Source: Nitrospinota bacterium (GTDB lineage Bacteria > Nitrospinota > Nitrospinia > Nitrospinales > VA-1). From it: 15,290 bases of DNA. Below, one piece after another: positions 15,288-15,290 of this stretch (its first letter is position 1; every line of letters begins with the position of its first letter). The notes under the pieces were generated by a model. The model saw only the letters and a program-made list of their open reading frames with translations. It had not been told where the DNA came from and did not search any database. The stretch covers positions 1-15,290 of the forward strand of contig JAYNIA010000030.1 in NCBI GenBank assembly GCA_038108555.1, given 5' to 3'. Made by a program: the position numbers and the translations under genes.

Positions 15288-15290
15288 AAT

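Noticed and set aside
1..15290. CRISPR array, rRNA or tRNA genes
   Set aside because: No regularly spaced repeat-spacer units and no structural RNA gene signatures seen.

Overview
A bacterial chromosomal window of mostly housekeeping and accessory enzyme genes. The gene style suggests a Nitrospina-like or deltaproteobacteria-like organism, which I cannot confirm. Bases 1-54 are the right end of an IS3-family insertion sequence. It interrupts a membrane-bound SpeE-like gene that is missing from the ORF track. That gene ends a probable minus-strand operon: circularly permuted ATP-grasp ligase > glutaredoxin > KamA-type 2,3-aminomutase > membrane SpeE-like gene. Next come a LON-N domain gene, a DDAH-like amidinohydrolase, a GGCT-fold protein with altered catalytic motifs, and trxA. 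These are followed by rpmH-rnpA-yidD-yidC (rpmH is also absent from the ORF track), with no dnaA, jag or mnmE alongside. Two tandem paralogous B12-binding radical SAM genes (CX4CX2C) follow, then an AT-rich orphan membrane-anchored gene, hicBA, a cupin, a Rieske-fold protein lacking both His ligands, and a small hypothetical gene. Three different intergenic repeat elements are present. The best candidates for new biology are the ligase/Grx/aminomutase/SpeE operon, the radical SAM pair, the His-less Rieske protein and the degenerate GGCT.
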